Assembly (NCBI GenBank): GCA_963719035.1
Contig: CAVRAO010000008.1
Span: 64,001-128,000, forward strand
DNA: 64,000 nt
Origin: Methanobacteriota archaeon
GTDB taxonomy: Archaea > Halobacteriota > Bog-38 > Methanoflorentales > Methanoflorentaceae
Direction of reading: 5' to 3'
In this document: positions 21,037-31,128 of the stretch, piece after piece
How positions within the stretch are numbered: position 1 is the stretch's first letter
How the letters are laid out: every line of letters starts with the position of its first letter
Position numbers and translations under genes: made by a program
Notes under the pieces: generated by a model
The model's input: the letters and a program-made list of their open reading frames with translations, nothing else
Database searches by the model: none
Told to the model about the DNA's origin: nothing

Positions 21037-21608
21037 TAAAGGTGGTGACAGGGGCGGAAGCAGCAGTCTATATACAGGCTCACTCAGTCATTAAAAAGCG
21101 CGTTCCAAAGAAATACCGCGCTGCAGAGCTCGATATCAAACTGCGGAAAGAGCGGACAAAAAGCGAAGCTAAGATTCAATCGGAAGCACGAAAAGCAGGT
21201 GTGCCGACTCCTATAATACAAGAAATCGACGGCTTTGACATTACAATGGAACGGATAGAGGGCCCATCTGTACGCTCTGTTATAAATGAGACAATCGCTG
21301 AACAGATTGGCGAAGTTCTCTCCACGCTTCACGCAGCAGGCATCGCTCACGGCGATCCAACGACACGCAACATGATTGTCTCAGATAAGCGGATCTATTT
21401 AATCGATTTTGGACTCGCCTCGTACGACAGAAGTCTCGAAGCTCGCGGCGTAGACGTGCATGTTTTTTTCCAAAGCCTTGAAGCTTCGCACGAGAATTAC
21501 CATGCGCTCAAAAAGGCGTTTCTAGCAGGCTACGCCAAAAAAAGCCGGGACGCTGAGCAGGTACTCTCCAAAGTTGAAGAGATAAAGGGGCGAGGTCGAT
21601 ATCTTTGA
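21021..21608 (+). CDS. bud32: KEOPS kinase Bud32
   Basis: GAEA, RTKSEA, HGDPTTRN, IDFGL, RGRY. Confidence 0.95.
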   Translation: MDQGIVKVVTGAEAAVYIQAHSVIKKRVPKKYRAAELDIKLRKERTKSEAKIQSEARKAGVPTPIIQEIDGFDITMERIEGPSVRSVINETIAEQIGEVLSTLHAAGIAHGDPTTRNMIVSDKRIYLIDFGLASYDRSLEARGVDVHVFFQSLEASHENYHALKKAFLAGYAKKSRDAEQVLSKVEEIKGRGRYL

Positions 21609-22144
21609 AAGAGATCAATTTTATCACGCAAAACCGCGGTAAGGTAGCTGAATTGCAGGCTAAGGTTAAGCAGTTCGAACTGACGATTAACCATATTGAT
21701 GCGTCCTACCCAGAGCTTCAAGCTGACACGCTGGAAGACGTCGTGCGTTACGGACTCGCTTTCTGCCAGAACAAGTTCCCGGCACCGTTTATCATTGAAG
21801 ACTCTGGTCTCTTCGTTGACGCTCTCCACGGGTTCCCAGGGCCGTTCTCGTCGTACGTCTTTAAAACTATAGGTAACAGCGGCTTGGTCAAACTAGTCGG
21901 CGAAGGGGTGCCGGCCCGATTTGAGTCACTCATCGGAAGCTATCATCACGATTTTAAGCTGTTCCGTGGACAGGTCGAAGGACGCATAGTCGCTTCAAGA
22001 GGAGGCGGCGGTTTCGGATTCGACCCTATCTTCGAGCACGAGGGTCGCACTTTTGGGGAGATGACGATCAATGAGAAGAATGCTATATCGCACCGCAGCA
22101 ACGCGGTAGACCAGTTCGTGAAATGGGCAACGACAATTATATAA
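21605..22144 (+). CDS. rdgB: Non-canonical purine NTP pyrophosphatase (RdgB/HAM1)
   Basis: EDSGLF..GFPGPFS, GFGFDPIF, KNAISHR. Confidence 0.95.
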   Translation: MKEINFITQNRGKVAELQAKVKQFELTINHIDASYPELQADTLEDVVRYGLAFCQNKFPAPFIIEDSGLFVDALHGFPGPFSSYVFKTIGNSGLVKLVGEGVPARFESLIGSYHHDFKLFRGQVEGRIVASRGGGGFGFDPIFEHEGRTFGEMTINEKNAISHRSNAVDQFVKWATTII

Positions 22145-22210
22145 GAGGGGCTCATAGAGTAGCACACCCTACATCACATAGAAATTATCTGACAGGAATA
22201 AGGAGCTCAA

Positions 22211-22663
22211 ATGGCGCGAATGCACGCAAGAAGGAAAGGAGTGTCTGGATCGACGAGGCCGCTTACAAGTACTGTTCCCATCACGACAACCCCAGAAGAA
22301 GTACAGAAACTCGTGATTGAGCTGCGAAACAGCGGACTTTCTTCGAGCCAAATCGGCATCGTTCTGAGGGACACGTACGGCATACCGAATGTCAAATCGG
22401 TAACGAAGAAGAGTCTAACGGAATTACTTCGCGATGGTGGGGTCGCCCCTGAACTCCCTGAAGATTTGTTCAATCTTATCACTAAAGCGCTAAATCTCAG
22501 AGATCATCTTGAGGAAAATAAGAAGGATCTGCATAACAAACGAGCGCTTCAATTAACAGAGTCGAAGATTCGAAGGCTTGTTCGCTACTATAAGAACAAA
22601 GCTGTGCTACCGAGCGAGTGGTCGTACCGATTAGATACCGTAGAGATGCTGATCTCACGATAG
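22211..22663 (+). CDS. rps15: 30S ribosomal protein S15 (uS15)
   Basis: MARMHARRKG, LRDTYGIP, LPEDL, ESKIRRLVRYY. Confidence 0.97.
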   Translation: MARMHARRKGVSGSTRPLTSTVPITTTPEEVQKLVIELRNSGLSSSQIGIVLRDTYGIPNVKSVTKKSLTELLRDGGVAPELPEDLFNLITKALNLRDHLEENKKDLHNKRALQLTESKIRRLVRYYKNKAVLPSEWSYRLDTVEMLISR

Positions 22664-22780
22664 GGTGCTTCCACTTCTTCTCACGGTTTCCAGAAGCTGA
22701 CGCGCGACTTAACGTTAGGACAAACCGACGGCGGCAGACGTAACATATATTGTCACCGCTATTTTTCGCCCACGCAAACA

Positions 22781-23011
22781 ATGATCACTGCCATAATCGT
22801 TTACGAGCATCCGCAAGCGTCCTTGCTTGTCGAAGTTCTCCAACCCGATAACACACCTGAAATACTAATGAAGGCTAAAGGGAAAAAAGTGCTCGGAGTA
22901 CTGAGAGCGAGCAAGCTGCGGACTATGATAGCTTCGTGTGATGATCTGTTTGCGAATCTCCAGATAGCGCAAGCCATGCTTTGCGACACGATCGAGTCGA
23001 CAGGCTTTTGA
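22781..23011 (+). CDS. pcc1: KEOPS Pcc1-like protein
   Basis: LQPDN, LRTMIASCDDLFANLQIA; usual neighbourhood downstream of rps15. Confidence 0.75.
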   Translation: MITAIIVYEHPQASLLVEVLQPDNTPEILMKAKGKKVLGVLRASKLRTMIASCDDLFANLQIAQAMLCDTIESTGF

Positions 23012-23084
23012 AAGCCCGCACGAACGCCTAAGTTCGACCTTATCGTATTCACGAGACTATGACAGAGCAATAAGCTCTAAAAGT

Positions 23085-23579
23085 CTATTTTATCTTCTTA
23101 AGATAACTAAGCCACCTTTTTTCGGCTTCGTTTCTTTCTTCAGATGCCGTCGTCACATAATTATCAAGCAGCTTACCTTTCTCAAAGTCTCGCAGTTCAA
23201 TGGCAGCGCGAATTAGGCCTTGAGCTTCTGTATATAGCTCGAGGGCTTGGTGTTCGTCGATATCTTGGCTTTTAATTGCAGATTCATTTTCATGGATCTT
23301 TCTCTCAATCGCCATGTAAAGCCTTTGAACTGCAGAAAACTCTTCAGGAGTGAGTTCCGTTTTGTGATTGATCAAACGCCACATAACTTCGTGGAGCGCG
23401 ACGACTTGTCCGTCAAGTTCAATCTCTTCTGGAACTTCTGTCCCGACGAACGTGAAGAGTCGATTTAACTTAAAAAGAAGCTTTTCTCGTTCCTCCTTTG
23501 TCAGATTATGCGAGTTCGACAAATGCGCCCCCCAAACGATAGGTTCAAGAGGTTCTTCAGAGTGGTCTGTCAGCTTCAT
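23085..23579 (-). CDS. DUF5788-like protein
   Basis: EREKLL..L....FVG..VPEEIELDG, GLIRA pattern of a Halobacteriota family. Confidence 0.7.
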   Translation of the reverse strand: MKLTDHSEEPLEPIVWGAHLSNSHNLTKEEREKLLFKLNRLFTFVGTEVPEEIELDGQVVALHEVMWRLINHKTELTPEEFSAVQRLYMAIERKIHENESAIKSQDIDEHQALELYTEAQGLIRAAIELRDFEKGKLLDNYVTTASEERNEAEKRWLSYLKKIK

Positions 23580-23950
23580 GCTCGTGCTTCGGTCGTGTTA
23601 TACTCTAACTATACTGCTTGCTCATCAATAATCGTTGCCGCATATAGGATATAAAATCGCTACAAACTGCAAACAGCTTTACTGCAAACGCGGTGCCTCA
23701 CGAAGAACTGTGTACGTTTGAAACAAATGATATCAAACCCACACAGCGCCCTTTGATTACCAGCTAAAGTCCCTCATTGTGAAGTTACACAGCATTTAGC
23801 ATTGATTGAAGTCGCACCCCTAAAAGCCTTGAAATAGCTCAAAGTGTCAAATAACTCGCAAGAACGCGCAAAAAGTCATAAATGCACCCACAAAGATTAT
23901 GAACCTTAAGGAAGATAAGATCGATCCCTGTTTTCAAACTCACTCGTTAC

Positions 23951-24604
23951 ATGGCTAGAATACCGCGTCATATCGGCATCATTCCCGACGGGAACCGCCG
24001 CTGGGCAGTCGCCAGAGGTTTGCCAAAAAAGGCGGGTTACGAATCGGGTTTGTTCCCTGGGTTAGAAATGCTCAGGTTGTGTACGAATATTGGTGTCAAA
24101 GAGGTCTCAACTTACGGCTTCACTCAAGACAATACAAAAAGGTCCAAAGAGCAAAGGCGAGCATTCCAAAAAGCATGTATTGACGGCGTAGAGATGCTCA
24201 AGCTGGAGGACGCTTGCCTACTTGTCGTGGGAGACCCAAACTCCCCGATGTTCCCCCAGAAGCTCCGCCCGTACACAAAAAGAACGAAGTTTGGCACAGG
24301 AAAAATTAAAGTAAATTTCCTAGTCAACTATGACTGGCAATGGGATTTGAAACCTCTCTATGCCCAGCCAAAATCCACAACGCAGAGCGGAAACGTAAAC
24401 ACCCTGATACAATCGTCCGATGTATCACGTATTGATTTGATAATTCGGTGGGGTGGTAGAAGACGGCTGAGCGGATTTTTGCCGGTGCAATCGGTTTACT
24501 CAGATATCTACGTTGTCGATGATTACTGGCCTGATTTCAAGCCTGAACACTTCTTTGCAGCGCTTGATTGGTATGATAAGCAGGATATCACGCTAGGCGG
24601 ATAG
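23951..24604 (+). CDS. Short cis-prenyltransferase homologue (Methanosarcina MA1831-type)
   Basis: HIGIIPDGNRRWA, FTQDNTKR, RWGGRRRLSGFLPVQ, C-terminal DITLGG. Confidence 0.85.
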   Translation: MARIPRHIGIIPDGNRRWAVARGLPKKAGYESGLFPGLEMLRLCTNIGVKEVSTYGFTQDNTKRSKEQRRAFQKACIDGVEMLKLEDACLLVVGDPNSPMFPQKLRPYTKRTKFGTGKIKVNFLVNYDWQWDLKPLYAQPKSTTQSGNVNTLIQSSDVSRIDLIIRWGGRRRLSGFLPVQSVYSDIYVVDDYWPDFKPEHFFAALDWYDKQDITLGG

Positions 24605-24809
24605 AACCACCTCTCGTGTGCTGCTAGTTTCCTGCTAAAACATCTAAACATCCTGTCCTCACGTAAAGCTTTAGCTAGGCACTTAGTGCCGAGATTCGGA
24701 TGTATCCCCCGTGGTCGGTTAAGCGTCGCAAAACGGTTGAAGTGAATAAAGGGCAATCTCGAGACGTTATAGCAAAAGAGCTAAATAATTAGAGTTTTTT
24801 TTTAAATGT

Positions 24810-24947
24810 ATGAAGCGGTATTTCCACTGCACAGTCTGTGACGACATTCATTTTGGGGAAAATCCTCCTGAGATATGCCCTACCTGCGAAACTATGAGCT
24901 CCTACAAAGGGGTCACAAAAGACGAAGCTCAAGAATACCTCTTATAA
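24810..24947 (+). CDS. Rubredoxin-like small protein (45 aa)
   Basis: Manual translation MKRYFHCTVCDDIHFGENPPEICPTCETMSSYKGVTKDEAQEYLL; CxxC-x12-CPxC. Confidence 0.8.
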   Translation: MKRYFHCTVCDDIHFGENPPEICPTCETMSSYKGVTKDEAQEYLL

Positions 24948-25087
24948 AGAGTATCGCATTCGGAAATTGTTGCGAATCTTGCCGATTTTTCGTGCAGTCT
25001 TGAGACTACCGTAGATTTGACATAAACGCAAAAAATCGTAAAAAAAGAAACGAGCGCTGCAGATAATGACTTCTGCAGCACACTAAA

Positions 25088-26761
25088 TTAAATTTGATCC
25101 ATCATTGAATCGGACATGCCGGCCATTTCCTCTTCGGATGGCCCCTTCGAAAACGTAGCGGCTTGAATCACGTCATCAATTCGAAGGATCATGTTCGCAG
25201 CTTCAGTAGCTGATAAGATAGCCTGCTTCTTAGTTCTCAGAGGCTCTATCACGTCAGGCCACATGTCAGTGGCTTTTCCGGTTGAAATCTGAAGCCCCAT
25301 CGTTTTATTTCCCGATTCGTGGGCAGTCCTCAAGCCAACGAGCGAGTCCATCGGATCCAAACCCGAGTTTTCAGCAAGCGTTTTTGGGATTATCTCGATC
25401 GCGTCGGCGAATGCGATGACCGCGAGCTGCTCCCTCCCGCTGAGCGTTGAAGCATATTCTCGCAGTTGCATGGCAATCTCTATTTCAGGAGCGCTTCCAC
25501 CTGCGACGACCTTGCCGTCTTCGATCGCAGCTTGAACGACTCGAACCGCATCATACACAGCTCTGTGCGTCTCTTCGACGATATGATCGGCGCCTCCGTG
25601 AACGACAATACTGACGACCCGCGGGTTCTTACAGTCTTTTATTGTTATCATTGTTGGGACCTCTCTCTAATCAATGCCACAGGTATCACAGCTTGATTCA
25701 ATATCAGTAGTTTCTTCTATCTCGCCTGCTCGGCCTAAGTCAGATCTGCTCAGATCGTCTAAGCTGGATACGACCCGGGCGCCGGTCACCTTAGAGATCG
25801 TCTCAATATCTTCTCCTTTGACGTTTTCCACTGCCATCACATTCTTCCGCGAAAAATGCCATTGGATAAGGTCGTCGATACCCTTCTGGCAAAAGACGAC
25901 GTTTGCACCGCTTGCCAGAATCTTGTCAGCTTTTTCGATCAGCGTTTCGTGATCACGTTCCATAAAGAGCTTCATTTGAGTAGGGTCTTTTATTTTGATT
26001 TTGGCATCAGTTTTGGTTTTGGCTAGCTCCAGTGGCTGATCATAGACGAGAATCCGCGCATCACATACTTTTCGTGGCATTCCCTCAGCAGCGCGTTCTT
26101 TATCGATAACGACGCCTTCGACGAGTTCCGAATCAGAGACAGAACCAGATACTTTCTTTTCAATTCTGATGTCTTCCTCATCGACTTTGAACTTCTTATT
26201 ATCCTTTTGAGCGACTGCTTTGACCGCTCTAACCACGAACTCGGGAAGAACGTCTTTTCCAACATCAGTCCCCTTGCCCGTGAGCGCCGTCTGAGCAATC
26301 TTCTTCAACAGGTCGTCGTCGTTTATCGAAACGCGGCGAGACATCGATTCTGCGACCTCAATCGCCTTTTCTGCTGCGAGGCTGTAGCCTTTTTCGATGA
26401 CCGTTGGGTGGACGTCTTGCTCAAGTAGGTCCTCTGCGTACTTTAGTAATTCGCCTGCCAAGATTACGGCTGTTGTCGTGCCGTCCCCTACTTCATCATC
26501 CTGCGTCTTAGCGACCTCGACCATCATCTTTGCTGCAGGATGCTCGATGTCCATTTCCTTCAATATCGTAGCACCGTCGTTTGTTATGACTACTTCGCCC
26601 ATCCCATCAACGAGCATCTTGTCCATGCCTTTTGGTCCGAGCGTCGTTCGCACTGTTTCAGCAACGGCCCTGCTTGCGGTAAAATTCATAGACTGGGCTT
26701 CCCTGCCCTTCGTCCTTTGTGTTCCTTCACGGAGAATGAGAATCGGTTGACCACCAATCAC
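25088..26761 (-). CDS. ths: Thermosome (group II chaperonin) subunit interrupted by an in-frame TAG at 25667-25669
   Basis: [25 protein letters not shown] in the N-part; [28 protein letters not shown] in the C-part; the two ORFs share one frame and are separated by TAG plus 5 codons. Confidence 0.93.
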
Positions 26762-26996
26762 TATGCTAACCTCCGAAATAACTAGAGTTGTTGTTCTATA
26801 TAAAATTTCTTACAGCGGCTATAGTTGTTTGTCAAAAGACCCGACAAACGGCGTTCTTACAACTGGACAGGAGCAAGAGTTGATCAGCACAACATCGGTT
26901 GAATCTAAGGTCGCAGTCTCGTTGCGCTTGGGGCTCACATGCTCCGCAGGGCACGCTTCGCTCAAGCCCCTCAAGCATGCTTGAAGCGAACCCATA

Positions 26997-28199
26997 TCAC
27001 GGATTCATCGGTCGGTCACTTCGCACGAAAAAGCCGATTATCAGCACAGCGGCGACGGCCATGAACGCGCCGTAGAGAAAAGCAAACGTAGGGCCGATCG
27101 TTTGCCAGAGCGTGCCAGCAATCAGGCTTGCTGGCAAAGCGACAGCGCCGATGACGAAGTAATACGTACCGAATGCGGTGGCTTTGAGGTGCAGAGGGGC
27201 AAGATCGGACACGAGCGCTCTGGACACTCCGTCAGTAAGACCGTAATAAAGTCCGTAAAAGGGAAAAAGGACCCAGACAACGAGTGCAGATGAAGCGAAT
27301 GCAAATCCTAGATAGACTATGAAGAAGATCGCAAAGCCTATCAATAGCACCGCCTTGCGTCCTATTTTGTCGGAGACAATGCCAAACGGAAATGCAGAAA
27401 CCGCATATATAACATTCATCAAGAGATAGAGTAGCGGTATCACGAGCGTCGGGATGCCGAGGTTTTGCGCACGTAAAAAGAGGAAAGCGTCGCTTGAATT
27501 TCCAACAAAGAAAATACCGAGCCCCAAAAGAAAGGTGCGAAAGTTCGGGTCTAACGACCTAAAGGATACCTTGTATAACTGTTTGCTTCGTTGCCCGGCG
27601 GCCGTCTCTTTGACGAAAAAAACCACAAGTACCGTGGCAACTATGCCGGGAATGAATGCGAGGAGGAATAGTCCCCTATAGCTCAGGATGCCAAACAGAG
27701 CGACCGCGATAAGCGGGCCGATAACAGCCCCTAACGTATCGAGAGAGCGTTGAAAACCGAAGGACCTGCCCACCCCGAGACTCTTTGACTCAGATATGAT
27801 TGCATCACGCGCTGAGCTTCGTATGCCCTTGCCAAAGCGATCAAAGAACCGAATCGCCAAGACTTGTTGCCATGCGGTTGTGAATGCCAACAGGGGCTTC
27901 GCGATCGCAGCAATCGCATAACCAGAATACACCAAGGACTTGCGTTTCCCAAACCTGTCGGAGAGATACCCTGAAACGATCTTCAGTATGCTTGCTGCGC
28001 TTTCAGCAACTCCCTCAATAAGGCCCACATCAATGAACGTTGCGCCGAGCGCGTTAACGAGAAAAAGAGGAATGAGTGGGTAAATCATCTCCGTGCTCAT
28101 GTCGGCAAACAGACTCACAATCCCAAGGACTAAGACGTTCATACTTACGCCGAAAACAAGACCGTCCTTGGAGAATCGCTTCCCCCACATTCGCTCCAA
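26997..28199 (-). CDS. MFS transporter
   Basis: 12-TM pattern, GYLSDRFGKRK, DRFGKGIR, SDKIGRK. Confidence 0.9.
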   Translation of the reverse strand: MERMWGKRFSKDGLVFGVSMNVLVLGIVSLFADMSTEMIYPLIPLFLVNALGATFIDVGLIEGVAESAASILKIVSGYLSDRFGKRKSLVYSGYAIAAIAKPLLAFTTAWQQVLAIRFFDRFGKGIRSSARDAIISESKSLGVGRSFGFQRSLDTLGAVIGPLIAVALFGILSYRGLFLLAFIPGIVATVLVVFFVKETAAGQRSKQLYKVSFRSLDPNFRTFLLGLGIFFVGNSSDAFLFLRAQNLGIPTLVIPLLYLLMNVIYAVSAFPFGIVSDKIGRKAVLLIGFAIFFIVYLGFAFASSALVVWVLFPFYGLYYGLTDGVSRALVSDLAPLHLKATAFGTYYFVIGAVALPASLIAGTLWQTIGPTFAFLYGAFMAVAAVLIIGFFVRSDRPMNP

Positions 28200-28492
28200 A
28201 TTGCAGCTTTAAGGACTTAAAATTGTCTAAGCGATGAGCTCGCGTGCAAATCGGCTATTTTACAAGCGGTCCGAAGCACTTTTAGCGACTGTTTGTGCTT
28301 TCGACAAGAAAAGGGAAGCACCTTTATGGGACGGGCTATGAAGACTTCCTAGCTCGGGACTGCGCCCGTCTTGCCCAGCAACGTATGCTAGCTAACAGAG
28401 AAAACGTTTGAATGCAACCAGAGGGGAGAGTTAGCGATAAGATTAAGATTGAACAGTATTTATGATTGAACAGCAGAAAAGATAGTGGAATT

Positions 28493-29758
28493 ATGTTCGA
28501 AATCGAAGGAATTTTAGGAAGACAAGTCCTCGATTCGCGCGGAAATCCTACGGTAGAGGTAGAAGTTTTCACGGGTTGTGGCTTCGGCAGAGCGATCGTG
28601 CCTTCCGGCGCATCCACTGGATCAAACGAAGCGCTTGAGCTGCGAGACCACGAAACGGGCTTCGGCGGAAAAACCGTGTTGCGGGCGGTCAGTAACGTCA
28701 ACGAAATCATAGAAGAAGAGCTCATCGGGATAGACGTTCGAGCGCAGCGAAGCATAGATCAATCCATGATCGATCTCGATGGAACTCCTAACAAGTCGAA
28801 TCTTGGAGCAAATGCAATCCTGGGTGTGTCAATGGCAGTTGCTCGTGCAGCCGCGAATTCAGTCAATATGCACCTTTACGAATACTTGGGCGGCCCAAAT
28901 GCGTGCAGGTTGCCCGTCCCATTAATGAACGTGATTAATGGGGGGGCACATGCGGGCAATGCGCTGTCGATTCAAGAATTTTTTGTGATACCCGTGGGAG
29001 CAGAGACGTTTTCTGACGCTCTCAGAATGGGCGTTGAGACCTATCACGAGCTCAAGCGGGTTCTAAAGGCGCAATATGGACAAGGAGCAACGAATGTAGG
29101 AGACGAGGGTGGATTCGCCCCACCGATTCATTCATCTTCTGAGGCACTTGACGCCATTACGACTGCCATCGACAAGGCAGGTTATGTTCAGGAGATGCGG
29201 CTCGGCGTCGACTGTGCTGCATCTGAGTTCTACGACGACGCTACAGAAACGTATTCCATAGACGGCAACCGACTATCGTCCACAGAACTGTGCAATTACT
29301 ATGAGGATTTGATCGCCCGATACCCCATAATGCTCGTCGAGGACCCACTCAGCGAGGAGGCTTTTGACGACTTCGCACAGCTAACGTCGCGACTCCGCGG
29401 AACGACCATTGTCGGGGACGATTTGTTCGTCACGAACGTCGAACGACTCTCTAAAGGTATAAGTCTTGGAGCAGCAAATGCTTTGCTCTTAAAGCTAAAC
29501 CAAATTGGCACGATGTCTGAAGCTTTCGATGCCGCTACGCTCGCCTTTCGGAATGGGTATACTGTAGTGGTAAGCCACCGATCAGGCGAAACCGAGGATA
29601 CGACGATTGCTGACGTTTCAGTCGCGCTGAGTTCAGAGTTCATAAAAACTGGCGCGCCAGCCCGGAGTGATCGAAACGCGAAATATAATCAGCTCTTGAG
29701 AATCGAAGAATTCCTCAAAGATTCTGCGTTTTACCAGGGCCGACATATGAAGGTCTAA
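28493..29758 (+). CDS. eno: Enolase
   Basis: DSRGNPTVE, VPSGASTG, GDEGGF, SHRSGETED, AKYNQLLRIEE. Confidence 0.97.
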   Translation: MFEIEGILGRQVLDSRGNPTVEVEVFTGCGFGRAIVPSGASTGSNEALELRDHETGFGGKTVLRAVSNVNEIIEEELIGIDVRAQRSIDQSMIDLDGTPNKSNLGANAILGVSMAVARAAANSVNMHLYEYLGGPNACRLPVPLMNVINGGAHAGNALSIQEFFVIPVGAETFSDALRMGVETYHELKRVLKAQYGQGATNVGDEGGFAPPIHSSSEALDAITTAIDKAGYVQEMRLGVDCAASEFYDDATETYSIDGNRLSSTELCNYYEDLIARYPIMLVEDPLSEEAFDDFAQLTSRLRGTTIVGDDLFVTNVERLSKGISLGAANALLLKLNQIGTMSEAFDAATLAFRNGYTVVVSHRSGETEDTTIADVSVALSSEFIKTGAPARSDRNAKYNQLLRIEEFLKDSAFYQGRHMKV

Positions 29759-29911
29759 CCACGCGTCGCCAACTGTACGTTTCCACAGAGCGCAAAAACA
29801 AGAGCGGGCGAAACATTGCACGAAAAAGATCCGTTAGCCGCTATTAAACCAGACCCTCGATTTCATGCTAAGGAACCATAGACGTGCGACCACATCTAGC
29901 GCTCAATTAGA

Positions 29912-29963
29912 GTGATGAAGCCCCGATTGCAAGATGCGGTCGACGGGGGGGATGCACTCCTGA
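29912..29963 (+). ncRNA. Candidate C/D-box guide sRNA
   Basis: Intergenic GTGATGA (C box) ... CTGA (D box) spanning 52 nt; 12-nt segment then AAGA as a possible D' box. Confidence 0.45.
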
Positions 29964-30221
29964 TTTCCCAGTTTTTGTTCAGGAGCTGCGTGCTCAGATT
30001 TTGAGGGCATGATCCTCGCCGGATACCGGCATCTGTTTCAGACGTACGCAAAAAAGCGCAAGGCTCATCAACGTAAATTTTTGGTTCACGCGGTGAGAAC
30101 GCTTCTTTTAGTTTCGACATGTCGTCCGCATTGTCAAAAGTTAGGGGCATAACAACTACTCTGAAGACCACATCGAAGGCTACTTGTATACTAAACACTT
30201 CTGTCGGAACTGTCGACACTC

Positions 30222-30812
30222 ATGAAAAAAGATGCCTCGCTGCTCATCGCAAGCTTGTTTGCAGTATTTCTAGTAACAACCTGCGTCACAGCAGCTTTTT
30301 GGGCCGGAACGGTGGCGGACAGCCAGACAAATCAACATCAAGGCGTCACTCCGCAGGATGCGACGTCAGATCCACGCGTATTGTTGTTGCAGTCTGCTGT
30401 GCCAAGCAATTCAACACAAGCCAGCCGCGCTTTAGCTGACAACATAACTCGTATTATCGTTCCAATTTCAAGAGTCGAAAATACTTCAAGCAGCAGCGCA
30501 CAGCTTTTCAGCGGATTTGAGTTTCCAACGTGGCTTTGGGTTCCAGTCATCCTTGTTCTCCTCGTGATTTTGGCTTATCTCTTTTTGAAACTGCTTCGTG
30601 ATGGTGACAATGAGCCGCCTGTCGACAAACGACCTCTTGCACCGGCATCCGCTTCGGAAGCTCCGCAGCCATCACGGCAAATTCCAATTAACGAGTCGGA
30701 TATCGAGGCTGAACGAAAAAACAGGTCACTGGTTGCGGCAGAAAGTAAGATCAGAAGTATACCCATAGACGCTTCTGAAGAACGACAAGAACCAGACGAA
30801 GACTCGCCGTGA
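30222..30812 (+). CDS. Hypothetical membrane protein
   Basis: Signal-like N-terminus, S/T/Q-rich ectodomain, one TM helix, charged tail. Confidence 0.65.
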   Translation: MKKDASLLIASLFAVFLVTTCVTAAFWAGTVADSQTNQHQGVTPQDATSDPRVLLLQSAVPSNSTQASRALADNITRIIVPISRVENTSSSSAQLFSGFEFPTWLWVPVILVLLVILAYLFLKLLRDGDNEPPVDKRPLAPASASEAPQPSRQIPINESDIEAERKNRSLVAAESKIRSIPIDASEERQEPDEDSP

Positions 30813-31128
30813 CGAGCGAACAAATGCTAACAATTCATGATCTCTTAACGATAGGCTTCAGCTTCATCTAACAGCCGTCATAAGTCGTCCAGCTCACAAA
30901 TATTGATTTTGAAAAAAGTACCGACGCGGCGCTTTGGCGTTCGACAAGTTCATAGTAGTTACGGCCCATAGTGTCCTTAGTGCGAGCAGCAGGACGAAAG
31001 CGTTTTTTTATAAATAAATGAATAAAATGAATAACGTTGCTACAGTCAATTGCACGTGGATCAACGTTCTGAGAGTCGCTTGAATGCGAGGCGGAAGGGC
31101 ACATACACATATCAGCGCTTATAGAAAT

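Noticed and set aside
21021-21039. Kae1-Bud32 as a frameshifted fusion
   Set aside because: kae1 ends TAG-TAA at a normal C-terminus and bud32 has its own ATG; separate adjacent genes are known in archaea.
22664-23084. Absence of the usual DHH-family gene and rps3ae around pcc1
   Set aside because: Ordinary synteny erosion; those genes may lie elsewhere in the genome.
25652-25710. Bulge-helix-bulge intron removing the thermosome UAG
   Set aside because: A hairpin is present, but I could not build a canonical 3-4-3 BHB around it; only RT-PCR could revive this idea.
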